NCBI GenBank assembly: GCA_030748895.1
Contig: JASMLC010000003.1
Location: 78,594 to 142,593 of the forward strand
DNA from: Candidatus Poseidoniia archaeon
GTDB lineage: Archaea; Thermoplasmatota; Poseidoniia; MGIII; CG-Epi1
DNA length: 64,000 bases
Reading direction: 5' to 3'
The notes beneath the pieces were generated by a model. The model was given only the letters and a program-made list of their open reading frames with translations. It was not told the DNA's origin and made no database searches. The first letter of the stretch is position 1. Each line of letters opens with the position of its first letter. Position numbers and translations under genes: made by a program. This document shows positions 55,780 through 64,000 of the stretch, piece by piece.

Positions 55780-56955
55780 ATGCAGGAGCTGCTGGAAAGG
55801 GCACTCGCCACGCTGGTCCCGTCTGACGCGGAGCAGGCTGCCGTCGCGACGCTCTGCGACTCGCTGCTGGCGCGCGCCCGCAAGGCGGCGCCGGACGGCG
55901 TCGAGCCGCGGCTGGTCGGCTCGGTCGCGAAGGGGACCTGGCTTCCCGGCGCCGACATCGACCTGTTTCTCTGCTTCCCCACCGGCGCGGACCTGAAGGT
56001 GGAAGGGCTGGCGCTGGCGCGCGCGGTGCTGCCCGACGGCGCGGAATTGTACGCGCAGCACCCCTACCTGCGCGGCTCCGTTGAGGGGCGGGAGGTCGAC
56101 GCAGTGCCCTGCTTCGCCATCAGCGACCCGTCGCAGCTGGCGTCAGCGGTCGACCGCACGGTGTTCCACACCGCGTGGGTGCACAAGCATCTCAGCGACA
56201 CGCAGCGCGACGACGTGCGGCTCGCGAAGCGCTTTCTGGCGGTCGCGGGCGCCTACGGGGCGGCGGCGGCTGTCGGTGGCTTTTCAGGTTATCTGGTCGA
56301 GGTGCTGGTGCATCGCGCCGGTGACTTCCCCGCCTTCGTGGAGGATGTCGCCGGCTGGCGGCCGCCGGTCGCGCTCGGCACAGTTCCCGGAGCGCCGGAA
56401 GCGGAAATCACGCTCCCCGACCCCGTCGACCCCGGCCGCAACGTCGCCGCCGGCGTGATGCGTGACGGGCTGGCGCGCGCGGTGCTGGCGGCACGGCGGT
56501 TCCTGGCGGTGCCGACTGCGGAGGCCTTCGTCCTCGAGAGTGGCGAGCGCAAACCACTCGGCTGCGTCACGACGGTTGTGCTGGCGCACCCCGGCGGGGT
56601 CGAGGAGACCGCGCTGCCGCACATCCAGCGGCAGGGGCGCAAGCTGGTGCGCGCGCTAGAGCCGTTCGGCGTGCTCGGCAGCCACTGCTCGCTCGGCGAC
56701 GAGGGGTTCATCGTGCTGGAAACCGCGACGGTGGAGCTGCCCGAACGGCAGCTCCACCGCGGTCCAGCGGCGTGGGACGCGGGCGCGTTCGAGTTTCTCG
56801 AACGCTACCCCGGTGCGGTGCTGCGCGACGGCCGCTTCTGGGCGCTGAAACCGCCGCGCCATGCGGATATCGCCAGCGCGGTGCAATCGCTGCTGCCGGG
56901 GGCGCGCGTGGTGGAAGGGCTCGCCGACGGGGCGGAGCCGTTGCCGGCCGCCTGA
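55780..56955 (+). CDS. cca: CCA-adding tRNA nucleotidyltransferase (class I)
   Basis: VGSVAKGTWL..DIDLF, YAQHPY, SAVDRT, GFSGYLVE and DPVDPGRNVA. Confidence 0.92.
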   Translation: MQELLERALATLVPSDAEQAAVATLCDSLLARARKAAPDGVEPRLVGSVAKGTWLPGADIDLFLCFPTGADLKVEGLALARAVLPDGAELYAQHPYLRGSVEGREVDAVPCFAISDPSQLASAVDRTVFHTAWVHKHLSDTQRDDVRLAKRFLAVAGAYGAAAAVGGFSGYLVEVLVHRAGDFPAFVEDVAGWRPPVALGTVPGAPEAEITLPDPVDPGRNVAAGVMRDGLARAVLAARRFLAVPTAEAFVLESGERKPLGCVTTVVLAHPGGVEETALPHIQRQGRKLVRALEPFGVLGSHCSLGDEGFIVLETATVELPERQLHRGPAAWDAGAFEFLERYPGAVLRDGRFWALKPPRHADIASAVQSLLPGARVVEGLADGAEPLPAA

Positions 56956-56999
56956 CGGGGGGCGCGAACCGACTTAACCGGCGTCCGCCTCCGCAACGC

Positions 57000-57767
57000 A
57001 TGGGCGAAAAGGTCATAGTCATGCGCGAAGGGCATATCGGTCGCGTCACGGTCAACCGGCCCGACCAGCTCAACGCGATGAACGCGGCGGTGCGGGCGGC
57101 AATCGCCGCTGCCTTCGAGAAGTTCGGCGCCGACCCTGAAGTGCGCGCGATTATCCTCGCCGGCGCGGGCGAGAAATCGTTCATCGCCGGCGCTGACCTC
57201 GGCGAGTTTGCCGCCAGCGGCGAGCTCGACCCGGAGCGGATGCGCGACGAGTGGCGCATGACCGACGTCGCCGCCAATTGCCCGACGCCGATTATCGCGA
57301 TGGTTGACGGCTTCTGCCTCGGCGGCGGGATGGAGCTGGCGATGGCGTGCGACCTGCGGGTGGCGAGCGACCGCTCGCGCTTCGGGCAGCCGGAAATCAA
57401 CCTCGGCATCCTCCCCGGTGCGGGCGGCACCCAGCGGTTGCCGCGGCTCGCCGGCGAAGGACGCGCGCTGGAGCTGATGCTCACCGGCCGCATGATTCCG
57501 GCCGAGGAAGCGGAGCGCTACGGCATCGTCAATTTCACCTGGCCGGCGGAGGAACTCGAGGCGCGGACGGTCGAACTGGCGGAACAGATTGCGTCGAAAC
57601 CGGCGTTCGCCGCCGAGCGAATCAAGCGCGCAACGCGCAGTGGGCTGCCACTAGCGGAGGGGCTGCGGAACGAGCAGGAGCTATTCACCGAGTGCTTCAA
57701 CTCCCCCGACGGGAAAGAGGGCGTCGCCGCCTTCCTCGAGAAGCGCAAGCCGCGCTTCAACCGCTGA
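57000..57767 (+). CDS. Enoyl-CoA hydratase
   Basis: FIAGAD, LGGGMELA and FGQPEINLGILPGAGGTQRL, with both catalytic Glu present. Confidence 0.92.
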   Translation: MGEKVIVMREGHIGRVTVNRPDQLNAMNAAVRAAIAAAFEKFGADPEVRAIILAGAGEKSFIAGADLGEFAASGELDPERMRDEWRMTDVAANCPTPIIAMVDGFCLGGGMELAMACDLRVASDRSRFGQPEINLGILPGAGGTQRLPRLAGEGRALELMLTGRMIPAEEAERYGIVNFTWPAEELEARTVELAEQIASKPAFAAERIKRATRSGLPLAEGLRNEQELFTECFNSPDGKEGVAAFLEKRKPRFNR

Positions 57768-57769
57768 CC

Positions 57770-58450
57770 GTGGCAAAACCGCACGGCCGCGAGTCGCTGG
57801 CAAAGCGCGCGGTGCGGGCGCGAACCGTGCTGGCGGGGTTGCGGCGCGAATACCCGCAGGCGGAGTGTGCGCTGCTCCACCGCGACCCGCTGCAGCTGCT
57901 GGTCGCCACTATCCTCTCCGCGCAATGCACCGACGAGCGGGTGAACCTGGTCACGCCGCCACTGTTCCGCAAGTATCCCGATGTGGCGGCGTTCGCCGCC
58001 GCCGACTTCACGGAGCTGGGCGAGGTCATCCACTCGACCGGCTTCTTCAACGCCAAGGCGCGGCATATCATCGGCGCCTGCAAGGGCATCATCGAGCGCC
58101 ACGCCGGCGAAGTGCCGCGCACACTTGACGCGCTGGTGGCGCTGCCGGGCGTCGGGCGCAAGACCGCGTCGGTCGTGCTGGGCGTCGCGTGGGACGTAGC
58201 CGAGGGCGTCGTCGTGGACACGCACGTCCACAGACTGACGCGGCGGCTGGGTCTGTCGCGCGGCAACAGCCCGGAAGCGGTCGAGCGCGACCTGATGACG
58301 CTGCTGCCGCACAGGGAGTGGATTGAGTGGTCGGACCGGCTCATCTGGCACGGCCGGCGGGTCTGCGACGCACGCCGGCCGCGCTGCTCGGGCTGCTTCG
58401 CCGAGGGCATCTGCCCGCAGGTCGGCGTGACGCGCCGGGCACAGGTATAA
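57770..58450 (+). CDS. nth: Endonuclease III
   Basis: LSAQCTD, HhH LPGVGRKTA, VDTHV and C-x6-C-x2-C-x5-C cluster motif. Confidence 0.95.
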   Translation: MAKPHGRESLAKRAVRARTVLAGLRREYPQAECALLHRDPLQLLVATILSAQCTDERVNLVTPPLFRKYPDVAAFAAADFTELGEVIHSTGFFNAKARHIIGACKGIIERHAGEVPRTLDALVALPGVGRKTASVVLGVAWDVAEGVVVDTHVHRLTRRLGLSRGNSPEAVERDLMTLLPHREWIEWSDRLIWHGRRVCDARRPRCSGCFAEGICPQVGVTRRAQV

Positions 58451-58474
58451 CTGCGCCACCCCGCTGCCGGCGGG

Positions 58475-58909
58475 ATGGCTGACTGGGACGGACGTTTCCT
58501 CGGGCTGGCGGCGCACATCGCCGGCTGGAGCAAGGACCCCTCGACACAAGTGGGGTGCGTTATCGTCGGCCCCGACCGCGAGGTGCGCAGCACCGGTTTC
58601 AACGGGCTGCCGCGCGGCATCGCCGATACCCGCGAACGGCTGGATGACCGCGAGCTGAAATATCCGCTAATCTGCCACGCCGAGGAGAACGCCATCATGC
58701 ACGCGGCGCGCATCGGCATCTCGCTCAAGGGGTGCACCGTCTACGTCACGTGGCCACCCTGCACCCGCTGCGCGCGGTCGCTGATACAGGCGGGCGTCAG
58801 CGAAGCAGTCTATCCCGCCAGCGCCGAAGTGCCCGAGCGCTGGGCCAATGACTTTGCGCTCGCCAGCGATATGCTGGCCGAGGCGGGCGTCACGTTGCGT
58901 GGCGCTTAA
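58475..58909 (+). CDS. dCMP deaminase family protein
   Basis: SKDPSTQVG, TGFNG, HAEENA and PCTRC. Confidence 0.92.
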   Translation: MADWDGRFLGLAAHIAGWSKDPSTQVGCVIVGPDREVRSTGFNGLPRGIADTRERLDDRELKYPLICHAEENAIMHAARIGISLKGCTVYVTWPPCTRCARSLIQAGVSEAVYPASAEVPERWANDFALASDMLAEAGVTLRGA

Positions 58910-59787
58910 TCCTTCCCGAGCAGTTCCTCGATGCGCTTCAGGTGCTCGACGCCGGTATCGTCCTGGATGTTCTGCGTAATCAGGTCGCGCACGCGTCCCG
59001 GGTCGGGGACGCCGTAGAGTGAGTCGCGCGGGTCAGCGGTCGCGCGGCGCGCTGAGCGGCGGCTGCCGCCAGCCAGCCCGGCGGCGAAGCCTTTCGCTTC
59101 GCCGCCCACTGCGGCAATCATGAGCGCCTCGTCCGTCCCGGTTCCCAGCCCGGAGCCGGTCACCGGCACGACGGTGCCGAAGCCGAAGATACGGCCAAAC
59201 AGGCTCTGCGAGAGCTTGATGTCCTCGATATGGTTGTAGCGCACCTGCCGCTCGTTCTTGCTCAATCCGAGGAAATCCTGGTGCATCGCGATGCGGATGT
59301 CGGTCAGGTAGTAAGTGAAGCTGCGGCGATACTGGTTGACAATCACCATCCCGCCTCCGCCGACCAGCAGCGTCAGCAGCGGGATGAACCATGTGCCGAA
59401 CTCCATCGTGTCGCCGTCGGCCTCGCCGATTTTCCAGAAGTGCAGCACCATCGCCCCGATGCCGAACAGTGCCAGCCCGCCGTAAAGCCGGAAAATGTCG
59501 CGGCCGCCGTTCTCGAGGAAGAGGTAGCGCGCCGCGAAGCCGATAGCCAGCAGCGCCAGCGACCAGATGATGGCCGCGGCGACGACTTCGTTGACGCCGG
59601 GGATGGCGTTGAGGAAGCCGTAGAACGGCACCTGGCTGAACCAGTCCTGGCTGAAGAAGCGGTGGATGACGAAGCCCCACACCAGCAACAGCAGGAAGAC
59701 GAAATAGAGGTGCAGGAACGAGAGCGGGTGTGGCTGCACCTTGAGTTTCATCTCCTCGTTGCGCATCAGGGTGAAGCGGGCCATCAT
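58906..59787 (-). CDS. Membrane protein with a bacterial PH (bPH_2) domain
   Basis: Four TM helices followed by YYLTDIRI...IEDIKLSQSLFGRIFGFGTV...GVPDP. Confidence 0.78.
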   Translation of the reverse strand: MMARFTLMRNEEMKLKVQPHPLSFLHLYFVFLLLLVWGFVIHRFFSQDWFSQVPFYGFLNAIPGVNEVVAAAIIWSLALLAIGFAARYLFLENGGRDIFRLYGGLALFGIGAMVLHFWKIGEADGDTMEFGTWFIPLLTLLVGGGGMVIVNQYRRSFTYYLTDIRIAMHQDFLGLSKNERQVRYNHIEDIKLSQSLFGRIFGFGTVVPVTGSGLGTGTDEALMIAAVGGEAKGFAAGLAGGSRRSARRATADPRDSLYGVPDPGRVRDLITQNIQDDTGVEHLKRIEELLGKD

Positions 59788-59846
59788 CCCGGATTGCTTC
59801 ACGGAGCATATAAGATTAAATGTAGCCAAAAGCTGGGTTGCGCCCC

Positions 59847-60380
59847 ATGAAGAACTGCGGCACCTGCGGAGCCCCCGTTGCCGATGCGATCGAGAAGTGC
59901 TTCAAGTGCGGTTCGCCCATCAAGGCCGCGAAAGACGGCCCGAAGCTGATGCGCAAGTTCACGAAGGGGAAGACCGTGAAGCGCGTCAGCGGCAAGCCGC
60001 TCCGCAAGCGACCCCGCAAGGCGGTCCGCAAGCGCAAGGCGACCGCCGAGGAGCAGCAGCTGAAGAAGTTGGCCGGCGGCGACGAAGGGGCAGTCGCTGC
60101 ACGCATCCTGCGGGAGCTAATCGACGAGGGGGCCATCGGCAAGGCGAAGGCCGCCTCGGCTGAGAAACTGGTTGGCAAACTGGGCGGCTCGCTACCGCCG
60201 TCGCGACCGAAGCCGGCGCCCGAGCCGGAACCGGCCGCGAAGCCCGAGCCAGAGCCCGCGTCGGAAGCGGCCGACCCGAAACTGGCGCGGCTGAAGGAGC
60301 TAGGCGCGCTGCGCGACTCGGGCGTCCTGACCGAGGCGGAGTTCGCGACGCTCAAGCAGCAGATAATTTCGGGGGAGTAG
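59847..60380 (+). CDS. Zinc-ribbon plus SHOCT domain protein
   Basis: CGTCG...CFKCG; basic K/R tract; LARLKELGALRDSGVLTEAEFATLKQQI (SHOCT). Confidence 0.8.
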   Translation: MKNCGTCGAPVADAIEKCFKCGSPIKAAKDGPKLMRKFTKGKTVKRVSGKPLRKRPRKAVRKRKATAEEQQLKKLAGGDEGAVAARILRELIDEGAIGKAKAASAEKLVGKLGGSLPPSRPKPAPEPEPAAKPEPEPASEAADPKLARLKELGALRDSGVLTEAEFATLKQQIISGE

Positions 60381-61227
60381 CGACCGCCCAGATGCCTGCC
60401 AGCACCGCCGCGCCGCCCAGCAGTTCGGGCCAGCCGGGCTGCTCCCCAAAGATGGCGAGCGCCAGCAGCCCGGAGCCGACCGGCTCCGCCAGCAGCGTCA
60501 CGGTCACGACGAACGCCGGCAGGTAACCGAGCGCCCAGTTCTGCAGCGTATGCCCGAGGAGCGTCGGCACCAGCGCCATCAGCCCGAAGAGCAGGTATTC
60601 GCGCTGCGGCAATCCCTGCCACGCATCCCCGGCGGCGAAGACCGCGCTCCAGAGCGCCAGTGCACTGAAGGTGTAGACCACGAGTGCGTAGTCGGCCAGC
60701 CCGACCGTCTGCCGCAGCGAGCGGCCGCCAAGGTAGTAGGCACCGGCGAGTAGCCCCGAGGCCAGCGCCAGCGCGTTGCCGTGCAGCGTCCCGGGGTCCT
60801 GCAGCAGGTCGCCGCCGAGCAACAGCAGCATCCCGGCCAGCGCCAGCGCCATTCCGCGCTGCGCCTGCCGCGAGAGCGTCTCGCCGAGGAGGACTGCCCC
60901 GACAGCAGCGACGAAAACGGGATGGCAGGTCGCCAGTAGTACCGCCGCGGCGACCGAAGTCGCCTTCACCGCGGCGAAGAAAAAGCCGAAGTGCGCGCCG
61001 AGCAACAGGCCGATAATGGCCATGCTCGCCAGCTCGCGGCGCGTCAGCCGGCGCAGCCCGGCAGCGCGATTCCAGAGCAGCGGCGGCAGGAACAACAGCG
61101 TCGCGAACGCCTGCCGGTGGGCGGCGGCGACCAGCGGGCTGCTCTCGCTCCAGCGGATGAAGATGGCCGAGAGCGAAATCGCGACCATCGCGACCCCCAG
61201 CGCGAGATGCGGCAGCCGCTCCTTCAT
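60352..61227 (-). CDS. DMT/EamA family transporter
   Basis: About 10 TM helices; SAIFIR, TSVA, LLGHT and LAEPVG. Confidence 0.88.
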   Translation of the reverse strand: MKERLPHLALGVAMVAISLSAIFIRWSESSPLVAAAHRQAFATLLFLPPLLWNRAAGLRRLTRRELASMAIIGLLLGAHFGFFFAAVKATSVAAAVLLATCHPVFVAAVGAVLLGETLSRQAQRGMALALAGMLLLLGGDLLQDPGTLHGNALALASGLLAGAYYLGGRSLRQTVGLADYALVVYTFSALALWSAVFAAGDAWQGLPQREYLLFGLMALVPTLLGHTLQNWALGYLPAFVVTVTLLAEPVGSGLLALAIFGEQPGWPELLGGAAVLAGIWAVATPPKLSAA

Positions 61228-62549
61228 GCCATCTCCATTTTAAATATTGGTCGTCGAGAATTTTTTGTTACCGCCATCAGCCGTGCCGGCCGTACCAGGT
61301 GCCGTCGTGCCGACGCGGGCGGGTCATACCAGCCCGGCTCCAGCGCGGCCGCGAGCGGTTCCGGCGCCGGTGCCGGTACCCGGGTACCGCAAGGGCGGCA
61401 GCGGTAGCCCGCGCCGCGGCCGGCCGAGTGGGTGCGCGCGCCGCACTCGGGGCAGGCGGGGTTGGGCGGCTTGTGCTGCCGGGGCGCGAGCGCGACGACG
61501 CGCAGCTTCTCCAGCTTCAGCACCCCCGCCTCGACGCTGCCGCACACCTCAAGTTCGTCGCCCGGAGCAAGCCGGTCAACGACCTGCCGGAAATCGCCCG
61601 ACGGCTCGAAGGCGGCGCACTCCAGTTCGCCGCCTTCGTGCGCGAAGCCGAAGAATCGGTGGCCGCCGCGGCGCGACTGCGGCGGCCCGCTGACGGTGCC
61701 GCTGAGCCGCACGCTCGCCTCGCCTCCGGCCGGCAGCGTGTCGCCGTAGTGGTCGTCAGTGGCCTGATTGGTCTGCCACAGCAACCAGCGCTCGGGCTGC
61801 TCGAGGCCGAGCGTGACGCAGCCAGCGGTGAGCGGTGCGGGCTCGAGCCCGCGCAAGCCCCAGAGAACGGGGCAGGGCGAGTGCGGCACCATCGCCGGGC
61901 TCCCGTCGGGGTCGCGGCAGCCGAACGCCCCTTCGACCGCGGCGACGGCGGCGACCGATTCCGCCGAGATTTCTCGCGGCGAACCCCAGCGGCTGCGCTC
62001 GCGGTAGCCGAGCAGCTCCCAGCTACAACTGGCGCCGCTGCGGGGCGACCACGCCAGCGCGCAGGCGGCGCCCGCGAGCCCGCGGCCGCCGTTAAGCCCG
62101 GCGTGCGCCGTGCCTTCGAGCGCCTCGCGCAGCTCGTCTTCGCGCACGATGGAGCGCACGCCCTGCCAGTACATCTTCTCCGATGGCCGCGCTGCGGTGA
62201 CGATGACCCCCGGCTGCGCCGAGCGCCGCGCCTCGGTGCGCACGACGGCGAGCACGCGCTCGAGCAGCGCCTCGGCGTCCAGCGCGGCCGGTGCCGCGTC
62301 GGCGTGCGCGATTAGCGTCCCGCCGGGAAGCTCGCCGATTCGTGTCGGCTCCCCCGCGCCGCGGCCGAACGCGAGCGCGACGGCGCCGTTGCCGCGCGTC
62401 TTCCACGGGACGTTGGGGTTGAGCCGCACCAGTCGCGGTGGCCCAATCAGGTCGTAGTCGGGCAGCAATTCCTCGATAACCCGCAAGGCGACCCACGTAG
62501 TGCAGCCGCCGTTGAGCGAGTCGGTGTCGTCGATGCCGACGTGGAGCAT
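61224..62549 (-). CDS. tiaS: tRNA(Ile2) 2-agmatinylcytidine synthetase
   Basis: IDDTDS.GGCTT, LVRLNPNVPWKTRGNGA, TNQATDDH, AAFEP, zinc ribbon and RRHL. Confidence 0.95.
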   Translation of the reverse strand: MLHVGIDDTDSLNGGCTTWVALRVIEELLPDYDLIGPPRLVRLNPNVPWKTRGNGAVALAFGRGAGEPTRIGELPGGTLIAHADAAPAALDAEALLERVLAVVRTEARRSAQPGVIVTAARPSEKMYWQGVRSIVREDELREALEGTAHAGLNGGRGLAGAACALAWSPRSGASCSWELLGYRERSRWGSPREISAESVAAVAAVEGAFGCRDPDGSPAMVPHSPCPVLWGLRGLEPAPLTAGCVTLGLEQPERWLLWQTNQATDDHYGDTLPAGGEASVRLSGTVSGPPQSRRGGHRFFGFAHEGGELECAAFEPSGDFRQVVDRLAPGDELEVCGSVEAGVLKLEKLRVVALAPRQHKPPNPACPECGARTHSAGRGAGYRCRPCGTRVPAPAPEPLAAALEPGWYDPPASARRHLVRPARLMAVTKNSRRPIFKMEMA

Positions 62550-63034
62550 CAGTCGCGCGCCAGTCCCTGCCGCGCCTCGTCCAGGAACGGCGCGACGTCG
62601 ACGCCCGCGTCGGCCGCCAGCAACAGCGCCTCGGTCGCGGGGCGAATGCCGTAATGCGCTTTCTGCCCCCGATTCACCTTGCGGATGACCTCGCGCTGCG
62701 ATTCGCCGGTCGCCTCCGCGACCGCGGCGACGACGCGATGGAACAGGTCGGGCGCCGCTTGGGTGGGCGGTGTTGCAGCGGCGGGCTCCGGCTCTTCGGC
62801 AGCGGCCTCGGGTGCCTCCGCCTCGGCCGGCGCGTCGCCCTCCGCGACGAGCCGCAGCTGTTCGCCCGCCTCCGCCAGCAGCCCGCTCGCGAGCGCCGCC
62901 TCGATAGCGTCGGCGGCAGCGGTGGGCGACATCAGGTGCAGCGAGAACGCCAGCTCCTGCACCAGCTCTTCGCGGCGCAGCTTTTCGGCGCCGCGGGAGC
63001 GGAAGGCGGCGGCGACCAGCTCGAGCTTAGCCAA
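62549..63034 (-). CDS. DUF2240 family protein
   Basis: VAAAFRSRG...LAFSLHLMSP...GLL; DLFHRVV; EALLLA...GVDV. Confidence 0.75.
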   Translation of the reverse strand: MAKLELVAAAFRSRGAEKLRREELVQELAFSLHLMSPTAAADAIEAALASGLLAEAGEQLRLVAEGDAPAEAEAPEAAAEEPEPAAATPPTQAAPDLFHRVVAAVAEATGESQREVIRKVNRGQKAHYGIRPATEALLLAADAGVDVAPFLDEARQGLARD

Positions 63035-63599
63035 GGCGGAACACCTCGCCGGCCCAGTTCGGCGGATGGCCGTCGGCGAGCATCGCGACGTCGAGCCGCA
63101 CGCTGCCGGCGAGCCCGGCCGGGATGAAGGGGAAGCTGCCGTCGAGGCTGTTGACCATCACGCGCGGGACTTTGCGGCGCACTATCTGGCGCAGCAGCTC
63201 GACGATGTCACCGCGGAAATCGGCGTGCGCGGCGACCGGCTCTTCGGCCCAGTCAAGGCTCACCATCTCCAGCTCGGCGTAAGACAGGGCTTCGTCCAGC
63301 TCGCCCCAGCCGCGCAGCGACCGCAGCGGCACGATGACGCTGCCGCGGTCGGCCATGATGGCGTCGATGACGTCCTCGCCCCACGCCATCCCGGAGTCGA
63401 CCAGCGTCTCGCGCTTCGGGTTCAGCGGCATCGCGCCCGGTGCGGGGCGGTTCTTCAGGATGCCGCGCATATCCCACACCAGCAGCGGCTCCTCGCCGTC
63501 GAACTCGAGCGGGCCGTCGGCGCGGCCGGTCGCCAGCCGTTCGCCGTCCCACGCGACGCTGGCACGCCGGCCGCCGAGGTAAGCAATCGCGTCTGCCAC
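63027..63599 (-). CDS. HisA/HisF-related barrel-like protein
   Basis: VWDMRGILKNRP...LVDSG...EDVIDAIMA...VIV...SL resembles a HisA-like TIM-barrel segment. Confidence 0.5.
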   Translation of the reverse strand: MADAIAYLGGRRASVAWDGERLATGRADGPLEFDGEEPLLVWDMRGILKNRPAPGAMPLNPKRETLVDSGMAWGEDVIDAIMADRGSVIVPLRSLRGWGELDEALSYAELEMVSLDWAEEPVAAHADFRGDIVELLRQIVRRKVPRVMVNSLDGSFPFIPAGLAGSVRLDVAMLADGHPPNWAGEVFRLG

Positions 63600-63688
63600 G
63601 GCGCGGCAGCGCTCCGCCGCTTTAGAGGCTCGCGCCAGCGTGCCGCCGTGCGGGGCGGCCTCGCCGGCGGCCTCAGCAAACCAGCATA

Positions 63689-64000
63689 CTACAGGTCGAG
63701 AATCACCCGCAGCCGCGCCGGCGGCCCCGGCGCGACCAGCAGGTCGTGGTACGAAATCGCCTTCACCTCGACGCCGTAGCCGTCGCGCTCCGCGTCCCAG
63801 ATGGCGCCGTGCAGCGTCGTCGCCAGCCGCCCCGACGCGAGCGTAACCTCGGCCGCGCCCGGCAGGAAGCCGTCGCCGTCGAACTCAACCAGCAGCCGCG
63901 ACAGGAAGCGCACCAGCAGCTGCTCGCGCGATTTTGCCTCGACCGTGAAAGCGCGCTGCCGCTCCGCAGGCGGCAGCGCGCTACCGGTTATGACTTCGAC
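63689..64000 (-). CDS. Archease (5' end outside the window)
   Basis: LLVRFLSRLL...EVKAISYHDL...RVILDL C-terminal signature. Confidence 0.9.
   Translation of the reverse strand, partial: VEVITGSALPPAERQRAFTVEAKSREQLLVRFLSRLLVEFDGDGFLPGAAEVTLASGRLATTLHGAIWDAERDGYGVEVKAISYHDLLVAPGPPARLRVILDL

Overview
High-GC, gene-dense archaeal chromosome segment. Gene content suggests Thermoplasmatota, plausibly Marine Group III/II; this is an inference. Core genes include the psmA-SBDS-rrp4/41/42-rpl37ae-rpoP-pcc1-pfdB-DHH superoperon, pyrG, rps15-RecJ-like DHH-trmI, trxB, cca, nth, tiaS, archease, tRNA-Tyr(GTA) with a BHB intron and tRNA-Arg(TCG). Accessory content includes two giant surface proteins, a type IV pilus locus, and amino-acid and fatty-acid catabolic genes. 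Three features stand out. (1) A seven-gene respiratory operon (49825-55751) joins a b6-type Rieske/cytochrome b complex to a heterodisulfide-reductase-like module: subunit IV is fused to an HdrC-like dicluster and followed by a CCG protein and a four-cluster ferredoxin. No cytochrome c1/f gene is present; a CxCH Reeler-like protein leads the operon. (2) A two-gene pair (33864-34977) looks like a split homologue of the eukaryotic ribosomal prolyl hydroxylase OGFOD1/Tpa1. (3) A histidine ammonia-lyase-like enzyme has Ala-Cys-Gly instead of Ala-Ser-Gly at the MIO site. No CRISPR array, rRNA, transposase or integrase was seen. All family assignments come from motif recognition by eye, not database searches.
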